Assembly: GCA_044432805.1 (NCBI GenBank)
Contig: JAWXUI010000004.1
Coordinates: 1 to 56,011 of the forward strand
From: Mycoplasmatota bacterium
GTDB lineage: Bacteria; Bacillota_I; Bacilli_A; RF39; UBA660
DNA: 56,011 nt
Direction of reading: 5' to 3'
Below are positions 36,295 through 45,157 of the stretch, piece after piece; the first letter of the stretch is position 1, and every line of letters starts with the position of its first letter. Below the pieces are notes generated by a model that saw only the letters and a program-made list of their open reading frames with translations, did not search any database and was not told the DNA's origin. A program made the position numbers and the translations under genes.

Positions 36295-37140
36295 ATGAAT
36301 AAAGTAAAAAAATATGGTGAAATATTGATGATTTGGCCATGTAATTTGAATTGCTATTATTGTCTGAAAAACGAAATTAAAGATAAAAATGAAGATAGCT
36401 ATGTAAATACACATTTTTTAAAATGGAAAAATTTCGAAAAATTTATCAATACCTTAAAAGAACAAGATATTGATACAATATATTTATCAAGTATAAATAC
36501 AGAACCTATGTTATATAAATATTTAAAAGAGTTAATATTATATCTAAAAAATCAAAAATTAAAAGTTGGAATCAGAACAAATGGAGTATTACTTAGTCAG
36601 GAAAAAAATATAAATATATTAAGACTATTAGATGAAAAAATTTCAATTTCTTTGCAGGGAATACATTATGATACATTTGTAAATATAACAGGAACTAATT
36701 TATTTTTTGATGTAGAAAAATTGTTAATTAAATTAAGAGAAAAAAATTTGAAGGTACGATTTACTTTTGTTGTAAATGTAGAAAATTATCGAGAATTAGA
36801 TAGTTTAATTCAATTATTAGAAAAATATAGTGAAAATATTAAGTATTTGCAAATTAGAAAAATATATAAATATTATGAAGCAAATCAAAAAGATTTTTGC
36901 GATGATATGAATAAATACTTTGATGTTAAAGAGTTATTAGAAAAAAAATATAAAAAAATTGAAGGATTTTATGAAAGTGTAGGTGTACAGACTAGTAAAA
37001 AATTAAAAATATATTTTTGGGATGATGTGTTCAAAAAAGAAAGTGTACAATCACTGAACTATTTTGTAGATGGGACTATATCTGACAATACATTGTTACT
37101 ACAATGTTATAATGAAGAAAGAAAAAAGGAGAATTTTTAA
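36295..37140 (+). CDS. radical SAM protein
   Basis: WPCNLNCYYC (CX3CX2C, 36340-36363), NTEPML (GGEP-like), IRTNG. ATG 36295 follows GGAGGTAGG. Confidence 0.75.
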   Translation: MNKVKKYGEILMIWPCNLNCYYCLKNEIKDKNEDSYVNTHFLKWKNFEKFINTLKEQDIDTIYLSSINTEPMLYKYLKELILYLKNQKLKVGIRTNGVLLSQEKNINILRLLDEKISISLQGIHYDTFVNITGTNLFFDVEKLLIKLREKNLKVRFTFVVNVENYRELDSLIQLLEKYSENIKYLQIRKIYKYYEANQKDFCDDMNKYFDVKELLEKKYKKIEGFYESVGVQTSKKLKIYFWDDVFKKESVQSLNYFVDGTISDNTLLLQCYNEERKKENF

Positions 37141-37141
37141 G

Positions 37142-37930
37142 ATGGAAAAAGAGTTGGCAATAAAAAATTATTATAATAATGAATACAATGAAGAAGATAG
37201 GTTGAAAAATGGCTGCGATAATAGACACAAAATAGAATTTGAATATAAGAAAAAAGTCATATGTGAAGAGGTATTAAAGAAAAATAAGCCTTGTAATATA
37301 TTAGATTTAAGTTGTGGTACGGGAATATATGCAATAGAATTAGCGAAGTTAGGTCATTATGTAGAAGCTAGTGATTTAGTAGAAGAGCATATAGAAATAT
37401 TGAATAAAAAAGTATTAGATTTTAATTTGAGAGAACACATTAGTACATCTTCAAGTAATATTTTGAATATAGATTATGGAAAAAAACAATTTGATGTAGT
37501 TTTACTTGGTGGCGCAATTTATCATTTGCATTCATATGAAGATAAAAAAAAGGCAGTAAACAATGCTAAAAAATATTTGAAAAAAGATGGCATATTGATT
37601 ATTGATTTTTTGCCGAAATTGCACGGAAAGATTCAAAATATTATTTTAGATAGCGGTATATTAGATAATGAAGAAGAACCAACAATAGAAATTCATAATG
37701 ATATATTCAGTTATAATACTGTAGAAGAAATGAAATCAATTATAGTAGAAAAAGAATATGATATGAAATTTTTAACAACAGATTTTATATCAAAATTTAT
37801 CAAGGATGATATAAATAATTTGAGCGATGAACAATTGAATAAATGGATTCAACTGTTAGAAAAGGTCAATGAAAACTTTAATTTAGTTGATATTGGTGAA
37901 CATGCATTGGTAATTTGCACAAAAATATGA
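37142..37930 (+). CDS. class I SAM-dependent methyltransferase
   Basis: ILDLSCGTGIYAIELAKLGH (motif I), VEASDL (motif II acidic), DVVLLGGAIYHL. ATG lies 1 nt after the upstream stop with an AAGGAG RBS. Confidence 0.8.
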   Translation: MEKELAIKNYYNNEYNEEDRLKNGCDNRHKIEFEYKKKVICEEVLKKNKPCNILDLSCGTGIYAIELAKLGHYVEASDLVEEHIEILNKKVLDFNLREHISTSSSNILNIDYGKKQFDVVLLGGAIYHLHSYEDKKKAVNNAKKYLKKDGILIIDFLPKLHGKIQNIILDSGILDNEEEPTIEIHNDIFSYNTVEEMKSIIVEKEYDMKFLTTDFISKFIKDDINNLSDEQLNKWIQLLEKVNENFNLVDIGEHALVICTKI

Positions 37931-38047
37931 GTTGAAAAATACATGGAATTATAAAGTAAATAAGTTAATAAAATTGTATTAAAAAATAAAAATAAAATAT
38001 AATTGGGTGGCAAATAGATAATAAAGTAAAACAGGAGGTAAATAATT

Positions 38048-38980
38048 ATGGACATGTATCAAAAAAGAAAATTACGTAAAGAAAAAAAAGAAAATGTTGT
38101 AGTTGATAAAATAGAAGAAAGAAAAACAAATATTAACTGGTATCCTGGTCATATGGCGAAAACTAAAAGGTTGATAAGCGAAATGCGTGACTTAATAGAC
38201 GTTGTTTATGAAGTAGTAGATGCTAGAATACCTTATTCATCAAAATTAAAAGAAATAGATGAACTTATTTATAATAAACCTAAAATTATAGTAATGACTA
38301 AAATGGATTTATGTGATAAATATGAAACAAAAAAATGGATGAATTATTATGAAAAACAAGGAAGTAAAGTTATAGGTGTAGATTTAGAAAATAACTTTAA
38401 TATGAATGGATTAATTAATTTAACAAAAGAATTAATGAATGAAAGAAATGAAAAAAGAACAAACAAAGGATTGAGTATTAGAAAAACAAGAGTTTTAATT
38501 ATAGGCGTTCCAAATGCAGGAAAATCAACTTTAATAAATCGTTTAGTTGGTAAAAAAACAGTTAATACAGGTAATAAACCAGGGGTTACAAAAAGTTTAA
38601 GTTGGATTAGAATATCATCAGACTTAGAATTATTAGATTCACCAGGTATATTATGGCCTAAATTAGATGAAGGAAACATTGGTTTTAATTTAGCGTCTTT
38701 TACAGCAATAAAAGAAGAAATTTTACCTCTTGATCATGTCGCGGCATATATATTAAAAAATCTTTCACTATACTATCCAAACATTTTAAAAGAAAGATTT
38801 GGAATAGAAGAATATGATGAAGAAGAAATAATAGAAGCATATGATATTATTGGTAAAAAAAGAGGCTGCTTAATTAAAGGCGGGGAAGTAGATTACGATA
38901 AAGTAATAAATATAATAATAAATGATGTAAAAAATGGAGCAATAAAAAATATAACATTTGACAGGTTTTTAAATGACTAA
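38048..38980 (+). CDS. rbgA: ribosome biogenesis GTPase A (YlqF/RbgA)
   Basis: NWYPGHMAKTKR. Circularly permuted GTPase order (MTKMDL ... GVPNAGKST ... DSPG). Confidence 0.9.
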   Translation: MDMYQKRKLRKEKKENVVVDKIEERKTNINWYPGHMAKTKRLISEMRDLIDVVYEVVDARIPYSSKLKEIDELIYNKPKIIVMTKMDLCDKYETKKWMNYYEKQGSKVIGVDLENNFNMNGLINLTKELMNERNEKRTNKGLSIRKTRVLIIGVPNAGKSTLINRLVGKKTVNTGNKPGVTKSLSWIRISSDLELLDSPGILWPKLDEGNIGFNLASFTAIKEEILPLDHVAAYILKNLSLYYPNILKERFGIEEYDEEEIIEAYDIIGKKRGCLIKGGEVDYDKVINIIINDVKNGAIKNITFDRFLND

Positions 38981-39916
38981 TTTAAAATCTCTAGAGCAAC
39001 AAGTAAATGACTATATAGTAGATGGTAATTTTCATAAACATGATTTTTTTGAAAAAATACAATACTATCATGAAGTTAATAATTTGTTATATCAAAAATC
39101 TTATGATTTTGTAATGAAAAAAAAGATGTATGCCCACAAACTAAAGTATCTATAAAAGAAAAATTAAAAATTATTACTGATTTTTATAAAAAACTTGATT
39201 ATGATATTGATGTTGAAGAATTAATAAACAAAGGTATAATAGAATTTTCTTTTATAGAAGATGAAGATATAAAAGGGAAATCATATCAGGTAAACGAAAA
39301 ATATTTAATTGATTTAACAGAAACTGGATTCCTAATAGATGCCTGTATTTTAGTTCATGAAATATCCCATCATAAAAATGCACCTACTGGACAAAGGTCT
39401 ATAACTAATGACATGATTACAGAAGGAATTGCTTATTGTGAAGAATTATTATTCATTGATTATTTAGAAGAAATAGGTTATCAATCAGATGTTCAAGTAA
39501 GAAAAGTTGGTTTGATAAATGGTATTTTTGAAATAACAGATGATAGTTATTCAATTTTAAAAATGTTTAATCTATATTCACAATTAGGTAGTTTATCAAA
39601 AGATAGTTACTCAATGCTTTATACTGATGATAATTATGAAATGTGTATAGAAGAATTAGAAGAAAAGTTTTTCAAAAAAGATATAAAATTATACTTTAGA
39701 ATGTTTTATACATTTGGTTATTTTATAGCTATTTATTTATATGAAAATTATTTAATTAATAAAAATTATGATAAAATAAGAGAACTACATACATTAATTA
39801 ATGAATTAAGTTTACCGGATTTATTAGAGCATATAAAATTATATAGCATAAAAGATAATGAAAAAACAATAAAAAAATTTATGAGTAGAGGCGAAGGAGT
39901 AAATAAAAATGGATAG
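38973..39916 (+). pseudogene. HExxH metallopeptidase-like gene split by a -1 frame change at an A8 tract (pseudogene, assembly indel or recoding)
   Basis: Frame 0 (38973-39155) stops 10 codons after A8 (39117-39124). The -1 frame is open 39107-39916 and contains VHEISHH (39356-39370) plus TEGIAYCEE. It has no ATG/GTG/TTG before 39413. Confidence 0.6.
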
Positions 39917-40319
39917 AGAACAATTAATTCAATTAATAGAAACAATAAAAATAGATAAGGATAAATTTTGGATTTTATCTTCTTCAGCATTAGTATTAAG
40001 AAAACTTTATGATAAAGCAAACGATTTGGATATAGCAGTAACAAGAGAAGGACTAGAACAATTAAAAAAGCAGTATGATTTATTGGAAAAAGAAAATGGA
40101 TGGTTTAAAGTTAATGATAAAATTGAATGCTGCGTAGATGAATATGAAGACTATAAAGTCGAAAAAACAAAAGAATATAATTTAGAAAGTTTAGAAAAAT
40201 ATTTTGAATACTTAAAAAGTAGTAAAAGAGAAAAGGATATTATAAAATACAAAATAGTCAAAGAAGAATTATTAAAAAGAAATATTATAATTAATGATGC
40301 ATATAACGAAAAAGTATGA
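39909..40319 (+). CDS. hypothetical protein (136 aa), possible nucleotidyltransferase-fold
   Basis: ATG overlaps the upstream stop. ILSSSALVLRKLYDKANDLDIAV weakly resembles the GS...D.D minimal nucleotidyltransferase pattern. Confidence 0.45.
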   Translation: MDREQLIQLIETIKIDKDKFWILSSSALVLRKLYDKANDLDIAVTREGLEQLKKQYDLLEKENGWFKVNDKIECCVDEYEDYKVEKTKEYNLESLEKYFEYLKSSKREKDIIKYKIVKEELLKRNIIINDAYNEKV

Positions 40320-40349
40320 TAAAAAAATTTATGAGTAAGGGAGAATGAA

Positions 40350-40709
40350 ATGAATAGTTTAACACTCGCATATTTAGGCGATAATATTTATGAAACTTAT
40401 GTAAGAAAACATTTAGTAGATAAAGGAATAGTAAAGGTTAGTTTACTTCAAAAAGAAGCAAGCAAGTATTCATCTGCTAAAGGACAAGCATCTTTCGTAA
40501 AAATATTAATAGAAAAAAATTTCTTTATTCAAGAAGAATTAGATGTATACTATAGAGGAAGAAATGCTAAAAGTCACACAAAACCAAAGAACACAGACAT
40601 CGTAACGTATAAAATAGCAACCGGTTTAGAAGCATTGATAGGTTATCTTTATATAAACGATCAGCATGATAGAATCAAAAAAATAATGGAAGAAATATTA
40701 GGAGAATAA
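40350..40709 (+). CDS. mrnC: mini-ribonuclease 3
   Basis: LAYLGDNIYETYVR, about 120 aa, conserved position upstream of rlmB-sigH. Confidence 0.9.
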   Translation: MNSLTLAYLGDNIYETYVRKHLVDKGIVKVSLLQKEASKYSSAKGQASFVKILIEKNFFIQEELDVYYRGRNAKSHTKPKNTDIVTYKIATGLEALIGYLYINDQHDRIKKIMEEILGE

Positions 40710-40711
40710 TT

Positions 40712-41398
40712 ATGTATATATATGGAAAAAATAGTGTTGAAGAAATATTAAAAAAAGAGAAAAAAATAAAGAAAGCATATATTTATAAAAAATTTAGTGA
40801 CAAATTTATAATATCTGCTATAGAAAAATTGAATATTCCAACTTTTTACGTTGAAAAATATGAATTAGATAAACTTGCATCTGGAAATCATCAAGGTATA
40901 ATAGTATCTGTTCCTGATTTTGAATATTGCGATTATACAGAATTTACTAATAATGAAAATTCTTTAATTGTTATTTTAGATCATATAGAAGATCCTCATA
41001 ATTTTGGAGCAATAATAAGAACTTGTGAAGCTGCTGGAGTAGATGGAATTATAATACCAAAAGATAGAAGCGTAGAAGTAAATTCAACTGTTGCTAAAGT
41101 AAGTGTTGGAACACTAGAAAACGTAAAAATTTCAAAAGTGACTAATATTAACGAAACAATCAAAAGACTAAAAAAATTAGGATATTGGATAGTTGGAACA
41201 GATATGGACGGACAAAACTATCGAACAATAGATTATAAAGGAAAAACAGCAATAGTTATTGGTAATGAAGGAAAAGGAATGTCGAGATTAACAACAGAAT
41301 CTTGTGACTTTATAGCTACAATACCAATGCAAGGAACAGTTAATAGCTTAAATGCAAGTGTCGCTGCTGCAATAGTAATATTTGAAGCAATAAAATAA
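40712..41398 (+). CDS. rlmB: 23S rRNA (Gm2251) 2'-O-methyltransferase, SpoU/TrmH family
   Basis: IYGKNSVEEIL, LDHIEDPHNFGAIIRT, IVIGNEGKGMS, IPM.G.V.SLNASVAAAI. Confidence 0.85.
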   Translation: MYIYGKNSVEEILKKEKKIKKAYIYKKFSDKFIISAIEKLNIPTFYVEKYELDKLASGNHQGIIVSVPDFEYCDYTEFTNNENSLIVILDHIEDPHNFGAIIRTCEAAGVDGIIIPKDRSVEVNSTVAKVSVGTLENVKISKVTNINETIKRLKKLGYWIVGTDMDGQNYRTIDYKGKTAIVIGNEGKGMSRLTTESCDFIATIPMQGTVNSLNASVAAAIVIFEAIK

Positions 41399-41409
41399 AG
41401 GGTGGTTAT

Positions 41410-42012
41410 ATGGATTATAAAGAATTTAATGATTTTGAACTTTTATCTTATATAGGAGAACAAAATGAAGAAGCAAATGAAATTATGTACAAAAAATATC
41501 AACCTCTTATTAAAAGTTTAGCAAGACAACTATTTGATAGAAACTTTAGTAATTCATTTGAACTAAATGATTTGATTCAAGAAGGTATGATTGGACTAAA
41601 TAAAGCAATAGTTGAATTTAACGACTCAAAAGAAACTATATTTTATACATTTGCATATACCTGTATTAAAACTACAATGATTAGTTATATCGTAAAACAT
41701 AATAGACAAAAAAATAAAATATTAAACGAATCAATTTCCTTAGAAATCGAAGAAGATGATTATAAAAAAAATGAGTTTATGTTAGAAGATAACAGTTTAA
41801 ATCCAGAAGTTGTTTTAATAAACAATGAATTTAAAAAAGAATTAATGCAAATTGCAAAAAATAATTTAACTAGTTTTGAACTAGAAGTATTTGAACTTAA
41901 ATTAAAAAACTTTAATTATAAAGAAATTGCTGAAATACTAAAAAAAGACTCTAAATCCATAGATAATGCACTACAAAGAATAAAAAGCAAAATGAAATAT
42001 AAAATTAATTAA
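41410..42012 (+). CDS. sigH: sigma-70 family sigma factor, SigH-type by position
   Basis: Region 2 LIQEGMIGLNKAI..F. Region 4 LT..E..VF.L.....Y.EIAE.L. Sits between rlmB and secE as in Bacilli. Confidence 0.75.
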   Translation: MDYKEFNDFELLSYIGEQNEEANEIMYKKYQPLIKSLARQLFDRNFSNSFELNDLIQEGMIGLNKAIVEFNDSKETIFYTFAYTCIKTTMISYIVKHNRQKNKILNESISLEIEEDDYKKNEFMLEDNSLNPEVVLINNEFKKELMQIAKNNLTSFELEVFELKLKNFNYKEIAEILKKDSKSIDNALQRIKSKMKYKIN

Positions 42013-42030
42013 TAAAAGATATAATACTTA

Positions 42031-42059
42031 TTGACTGAGATATAATACTATGGTATTAT
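42031..42059 (+). promoter_or_regulatory. promoter for secE-nusG
   Basis: TTGACT (42031-36), 17 nt spacer, TGgTATTAT extended -10 (TATTAT 42054-59). Confidence 0.6.
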
Positions 42060-42105
42060 TTATTTAAGGCACATAGGTGTTTTTATTTTGGAAAAAGGAG
42101 TCATT

Positions 42106-42513
42106 ATGGAAGAAAAAACAAAAAAACCAAAAACACAAAGTAAAAAAACAACAACTAAAAAAACAGCAAAGAAAACAACTAAAAAACCAGTTGTAAAAGT
42201 AGAAAAACAAGAAGAAAAAAAAGTAGAAGTAAAAAAGGAAACTTCTAAAAAACAAAAAGTAGAAGTTAAAAAAGAAACTTCTAAAAAAACCAAAGTTGAT
42301 AAAAAAAAGAAAGCAACAAAAAAACAATCATTTTTTAAAAAAGGTATTTCATTTTTAAAAGATGTAAAAAAAGAATTAGGGAAAGTGAATTGGCCTAACA
42401 AAAAAAATATGACAACAAATACGATTGCAACAATCACGTTTATAATTGTATTCGCATTATATTTTTCATTAGCAGATTTAATAATCGCTGGGCTTAAGAT
42501 GTTGGTGGCGTAA
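42106..42513 (+). CDS. secE: preprotein translocase subunit SecE with long Lys-rich N-terminal extension
   Basis: C-terminal ~55 aa (FFKKGISFLKDVKKELGKVNWPNKK......TIATITFIIVFALYFSLADLII) is canonical SecE. ATG 42106 follows AAAGGAG. About 80 preceding residues are K/T/E-rich. Confidence 0.8.
   Translation: MEEKTKKPKTQSKKTTTKKTAKKTTKKPVVKVEKQEEKKVEVKKETSKKQKVEVKKETSKKTKVDKKKKATKKQSFFKKGISFLKDVKKELGKVNWPNKKNMTTNTIATITFIIVFALYFSLADLIIAGLKMLVA
42220..42291 (+). repeat. 2 x 36-bp in-frame tandem repeat inside secE extension
   Basis: AAAGTAGAAGT(A/T)AAAAA(G/A)GAAACTTCTAAAAAA(CAA/ACC) encodes KVEVKKETSKK(Q/T) twice. Confidence 0.85.
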
Positions 42514-43047
42514 ATGAATAAAGAATGGTATGTAGTAAACACTTACTCAGGACATGAAAATAAAGTAAAAGAAAAATTAGAAATGCGTGCTAATTCTATG
42601 GGAATGGAAGATTTTATTCATAGAATAGTTGTTCCAGAACAAGAAGAAGTAGAAATAAAAGAAGGAAAAGAAGTAAAAAAAGTAAAAAAAATGTTTCCTG
42701 GTTATATTCTAGTTGAAATGGTAATGAATGATGATGCATGGTTTATTGTAAGAAATACTCCGGGTGTTACAGGATTTATCGGTTCATCTGGTAAAGGAGC
42801 AAAACCATTTCCATTAACTCCAATGGAAGTAGACAAAATATTAGGAACTATGGGTATATCTAGATTACAATTAGGAAATGAATTAGAAATAGATTCAACT
42901 GTTAAAGTAATCAATGGACCATTTACAAATATGTTTGGTAAAGTAAGAAATGTTTTGTCAGAAGAATCAAAAGTAGAAGTAGCGTTAGATTTATTTGGAC
43001 AAGAAACTATTGTTGAATTAGGGCTTACTGAAATAGAAAAAGCATAA
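42514..43047 (+). CDS. nusG: transcription termination/antitermination factor NusG
   Basis: WYVV.TYSGHENKVK, FPGYILVEM, KOW motif. Starts 1 nt after the secE stop. Confidence 0.95.
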   Translation: MNKEWYVVNTYSGHENKVKEKLEMRANSMGMEDFIHRIVVPEQEEVEIKEGKEVKKVKKMFPGYILVEMVMNDDAWFIVRNTPGVTGFIGSSGKGAKPFPLTPMEVDKILGTMGISRLQLGNELEIDSTVKVINGPFTNMFGKVRNVLSEESKVEVALDLFGQETIVELGLTEIEKA

Positions 43048-43072
43048 AAATAGATTAATATCTATTTTTTTT
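43046..43072 (+). terminator. terminator after nusG
   Basis: AAATAGAT-taat-ATCTATTT followed by T8. Confidence 0.8.
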
Positions 43073-43092
43073 AATAAAACAAATGAAAATCC

Positions 43093-43122
43093 TTTACAAA
43101 TCAAAGTGTTTTGTGGTATTAT
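43093..43122 (+). promoter_or_regulatory. promoter for rplK-rplA
   Basis: TTTACA (43093-98), 18 nt spacer, TGgTATTAT extended -10 (43117-22). Followed by a ~140-nt leader. Confidence 0.55.
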
Positions 43123-43266
43123 TAACTCGCTATATTTTATATATGGCATTTTAAGTGGGAGCTTTATATCTTTTAGTTTTGGTATTTAACCAAATGAAAA
43201 GCGGAGAACTAGAAGCATTTGAACCACTCATGAAAAGCGAAAATTAAATATTAGGAGGTGTTTTTC

Positions 43267-43692
43267 GTGGCAAAAAACGTAACAAGAGAAATTAAATTAC
43301 AAATCCCAGCGGGAAAAGCAACACCAGCTCCACCAGTAGGAACAGTGTTAGGGCCAGCAGGAATTAACTTACAAGAATTTTGTACTAAATATAACGACGC
43401 AACTAAAGACAAAATGGGAGATATTTTACCAGTTGAAATTAAAGTTTATGACGATAGAAGTTTTGACTTTGTAATTAAAACTCCACCAGCATCATTCTTG
43501 TTAAAAAAATATACAAAAATTAAATCAGGTTCAGCTAAAGGATCTAAAGAAGTTGTAGCAACAATTTCAAAAGATGAAATAAAAGAAATCGCTGAAACAA
43601 AATTAGTTGATTTAAACGCATATGATGTAGATGCAGCTATCAAAATTATAGCTGGAACTGCAAAAAATATGGGAATTGAAATCAAAGATTAA
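43267..43692 (+). CDS. rplK: 50S ribosomal protein L11
   Basis: (M)[36 protein letters not shown] 43267 lies 7 nt after AGGAGGTG. The track start 43258 is inside the RBS. Confidence 0.95.
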   Translation: MAKNVTREIKLQIPAGKATPAPPVGTVLGPAGINLQEFCTKYNDATKDKMGDILPVEIKVYDDRSFDFVIKTPPASFLLKKYTKIKSGSAKGSKEVVATISKDEIKEIAETKLVDLNAYDVDAAIKIIAGTAKNMGIEIKD

Positions 43693-43716
43693 AATAGAGA
43701 TTATATTATAATCCTA

Positions 43717-43752
43717 GTGGGAGGATCCGCATCCCTAAATACCACAAGGAGG
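43717..43752 (+). promoter_or_regulatory. candidate L1-binding autoregulatory hairpin overlapping rplA RBS
   Basis: GUGG-GA-GGAU-ccgc-AUCC-CUAAAUA-CCAC immediately 5' of AAGGAGG. The GGGAG-containing asymmetric helix resembles L1 stalk mimics. Confidence 0.35.
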
Positions 43753-43761
43753 TTAGGAAAA

Positions 43762-44457
43762 ATGAAAAAAAGCAAAAAATACGTTGAAGCTTCAAAATTA
43801 GTTGAAAAAAACAATTTATATTCTAAAGAAGAAGCAATTAAATTAGTAAAAGAAACATCTACTACTAAATTTGATAGTACAGTTGAACTTGTATTACATT
43901 TAAACTTAGATACAAAAAAAGCTGATCAACAATTAAGAGGAGCTATTGTATTACCAAATGGTACTGGTAAAACTAAAAAAGTTTTAGTTATTGCAAAAGG
44001 TGAACAAGCAAAAGCAGCAACACTAGCTGGTGCAGATTTTGTTGGGGATATCGATATGTTAACTAAAATCGAAAAAGAAAACTGGTTTGGATTCGATACA
44101 ATGGTAGCAACTCCAGACATGATGCCAGCTTTAGGTAAACTTGGTAAAATTTTAGGTCCAAAAGGTCTAATGCCAAATCCAAAAACTGGAACAGTTACAG
44201 TTGATGTAAAAAAAGCAGTTGAAGATGTTAAAAAAGGTAAAGTAGAATACCGTACAGATTCTTATGGAAATGTAGCAGTATCTATTGGTAAAGTATCTTT
44301 TAATGAAGATAAATTATTAGAAAACCTAAACGCTTTCGTATCATTAATTTTAAAAACAAAACCAGCAGTAGTTAAAGGTAAATACGTTAAAAACGTATCA
44401 GTATCTTCTACAATGGGTCCTGGAATTAAAATTGATGCAAATAGCTTTGACAACTAA
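43762..44457 (+). CDS. rplA: 50S ribosomal protein L1
   Basis: [33 protein letters not shown] and [13 protein letters not shown] 43762 follows AAGGAGG. The GTG 43717 extension is spurious. Confidence 0.95.
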   Translation: MKKSKKYVEASKLVEKNNLYSKEEAIKLVKETSTTKFDSTVELVLHLNLDTKKADQQLRGAIVLPNGTGKTKKVLVIAKGEQAKAATLAGADFVGDIDMLTKIEKENWFGFDTMVATPDMMPALGKLGKILGPKGLMPNPKTGTVTVDVKKAVEDVKKGKVEYRTDSYGNVAVSIGKVSFNEDKLLENLNAFVSLILKTKPAVVKGKYVKNVSVSSTMGPGIKIDANSFDN

Positions 44458-44475
44458 TACTTAGTATGTTATAAT
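44447..44475 (+). promoter_or_regulatory. promoter for rplJ-rplL
   Basis: TTGACA (44447-52, overlapping the rplA end), 17 nt spacer, TGtTATAAT (TATAAT 44470-75). Confidence 0.7.
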
Positions 44476-44482
44476 CTAGGTG

Positions 44483-44640
44483 TTTGAAAAAATCAAATAT
44501 TTACCGTAGACAGTAGGGACTAGTTAGTTTAATAATCCTACCGAGGAACTTTAAAAAGATTTTACTTTTAAAAAGTTTATTCCCTACGGTTTTATCGTAG
44601 GGAATTTTTATTTACGGTATTACACGAAATAAGGAGGTGT
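44483..44640 (+). promoter_or_regulatory. L10 (rplJ) leader, ribosomal-protein autoregulatory attenuator
   Basis: Structured 5' UTR: CCGTAGACAGTAGGGAC...CCTACCGAGG. Terminator-like ATTCCCTACG-gttttat-CGTAGGGAAT plus T-run (44579-44610) just before the RBS, as in Firmicute L10 leaders. Confidence 0.65.
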
Positions 44641-44643
44641 AAT

Positions 44644-45138
44644 ATGGCAAGCAAAAAAATATTGAACGCAAAACAAGACGTAATTAATGAAATTAGCGAA
44701 AAAGTAAAAGGAGCAGCAACAGTTGTATTCTTTGAATATCATAATTTAACAGTTACTGAAATGACAGAACTAAGAAGAAAACTAAGAGAAACTGGTTCTG
44801 AATTAAAAGTATATAAAAATACTTTGACACAAAGAGCTTTAGCGGACTTAAATTTTGATTTAGGAAATGACTTAGTTGGACCAAAAGCAGTAGCATTTGG
44901 AACAGATACAATCTTACCAATCAAAACAGTAAGCGAATTTGCAAAAGCACACCCAGCTTTAGAAATGAAAGTTGGAATCGTTGATGGTGAAATTACTACA
45001 CTTGATACATTAGAAAAATTAGCATCTATCCCTTCAAGAGATACATTGTTAACAATGTTAGCATCTGGACTTATGGGAGTTGTTAAAGATTTATCAATCG
45101 GTTTAGACTTATATGCTAAACAATTAGAAGAAAAATAA
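44644..45138 (+). CDS. rplJ: 50S ribosomal protein L10
   Basis: K...V.EI.EK.K.A...VF.EY.NLTV.EMTELRRKLRE.G.ELKVYKNTL. Confidence 0.95.
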   Translation: MASKKILNAKQDVINEISEKVKGAATVVFFEYHNLTVTEMTELRRKLRETGSELKVYKNTLTQRALADLNFDLGNDLVGPKAVAFGTDTILPIKTVSEFAKAHPALEMKVGIVDGEITTLDTLEKLASIPSRDTLLTMLASGLMGVVKDLSIGLDLYAKQLEEK

Positions 45139-45157
45139 GAAATAGGAGGAATTTATA

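Noticed and set aside
42220-42291. Tandem direct repeats here and at 54540-54692, considered as a possible CRISPR or non-coding array.
   Set aside because: The units are directly adjacent with no spacers. They are in frame (36 and 51 bp) and encode sensible peptide repeats inside ORFs.
42060-42542. Minus-strand ORFs of 160 aa and 87 aa (Phe/Leu-rich) opposite secE.
   Set aside because: They are the antisense reading of AAA/AAG Lys codons (TTT/CTT) and have no RBS. The plus strand encodes a recognisable SecE core in the conserved secE-nusG position.
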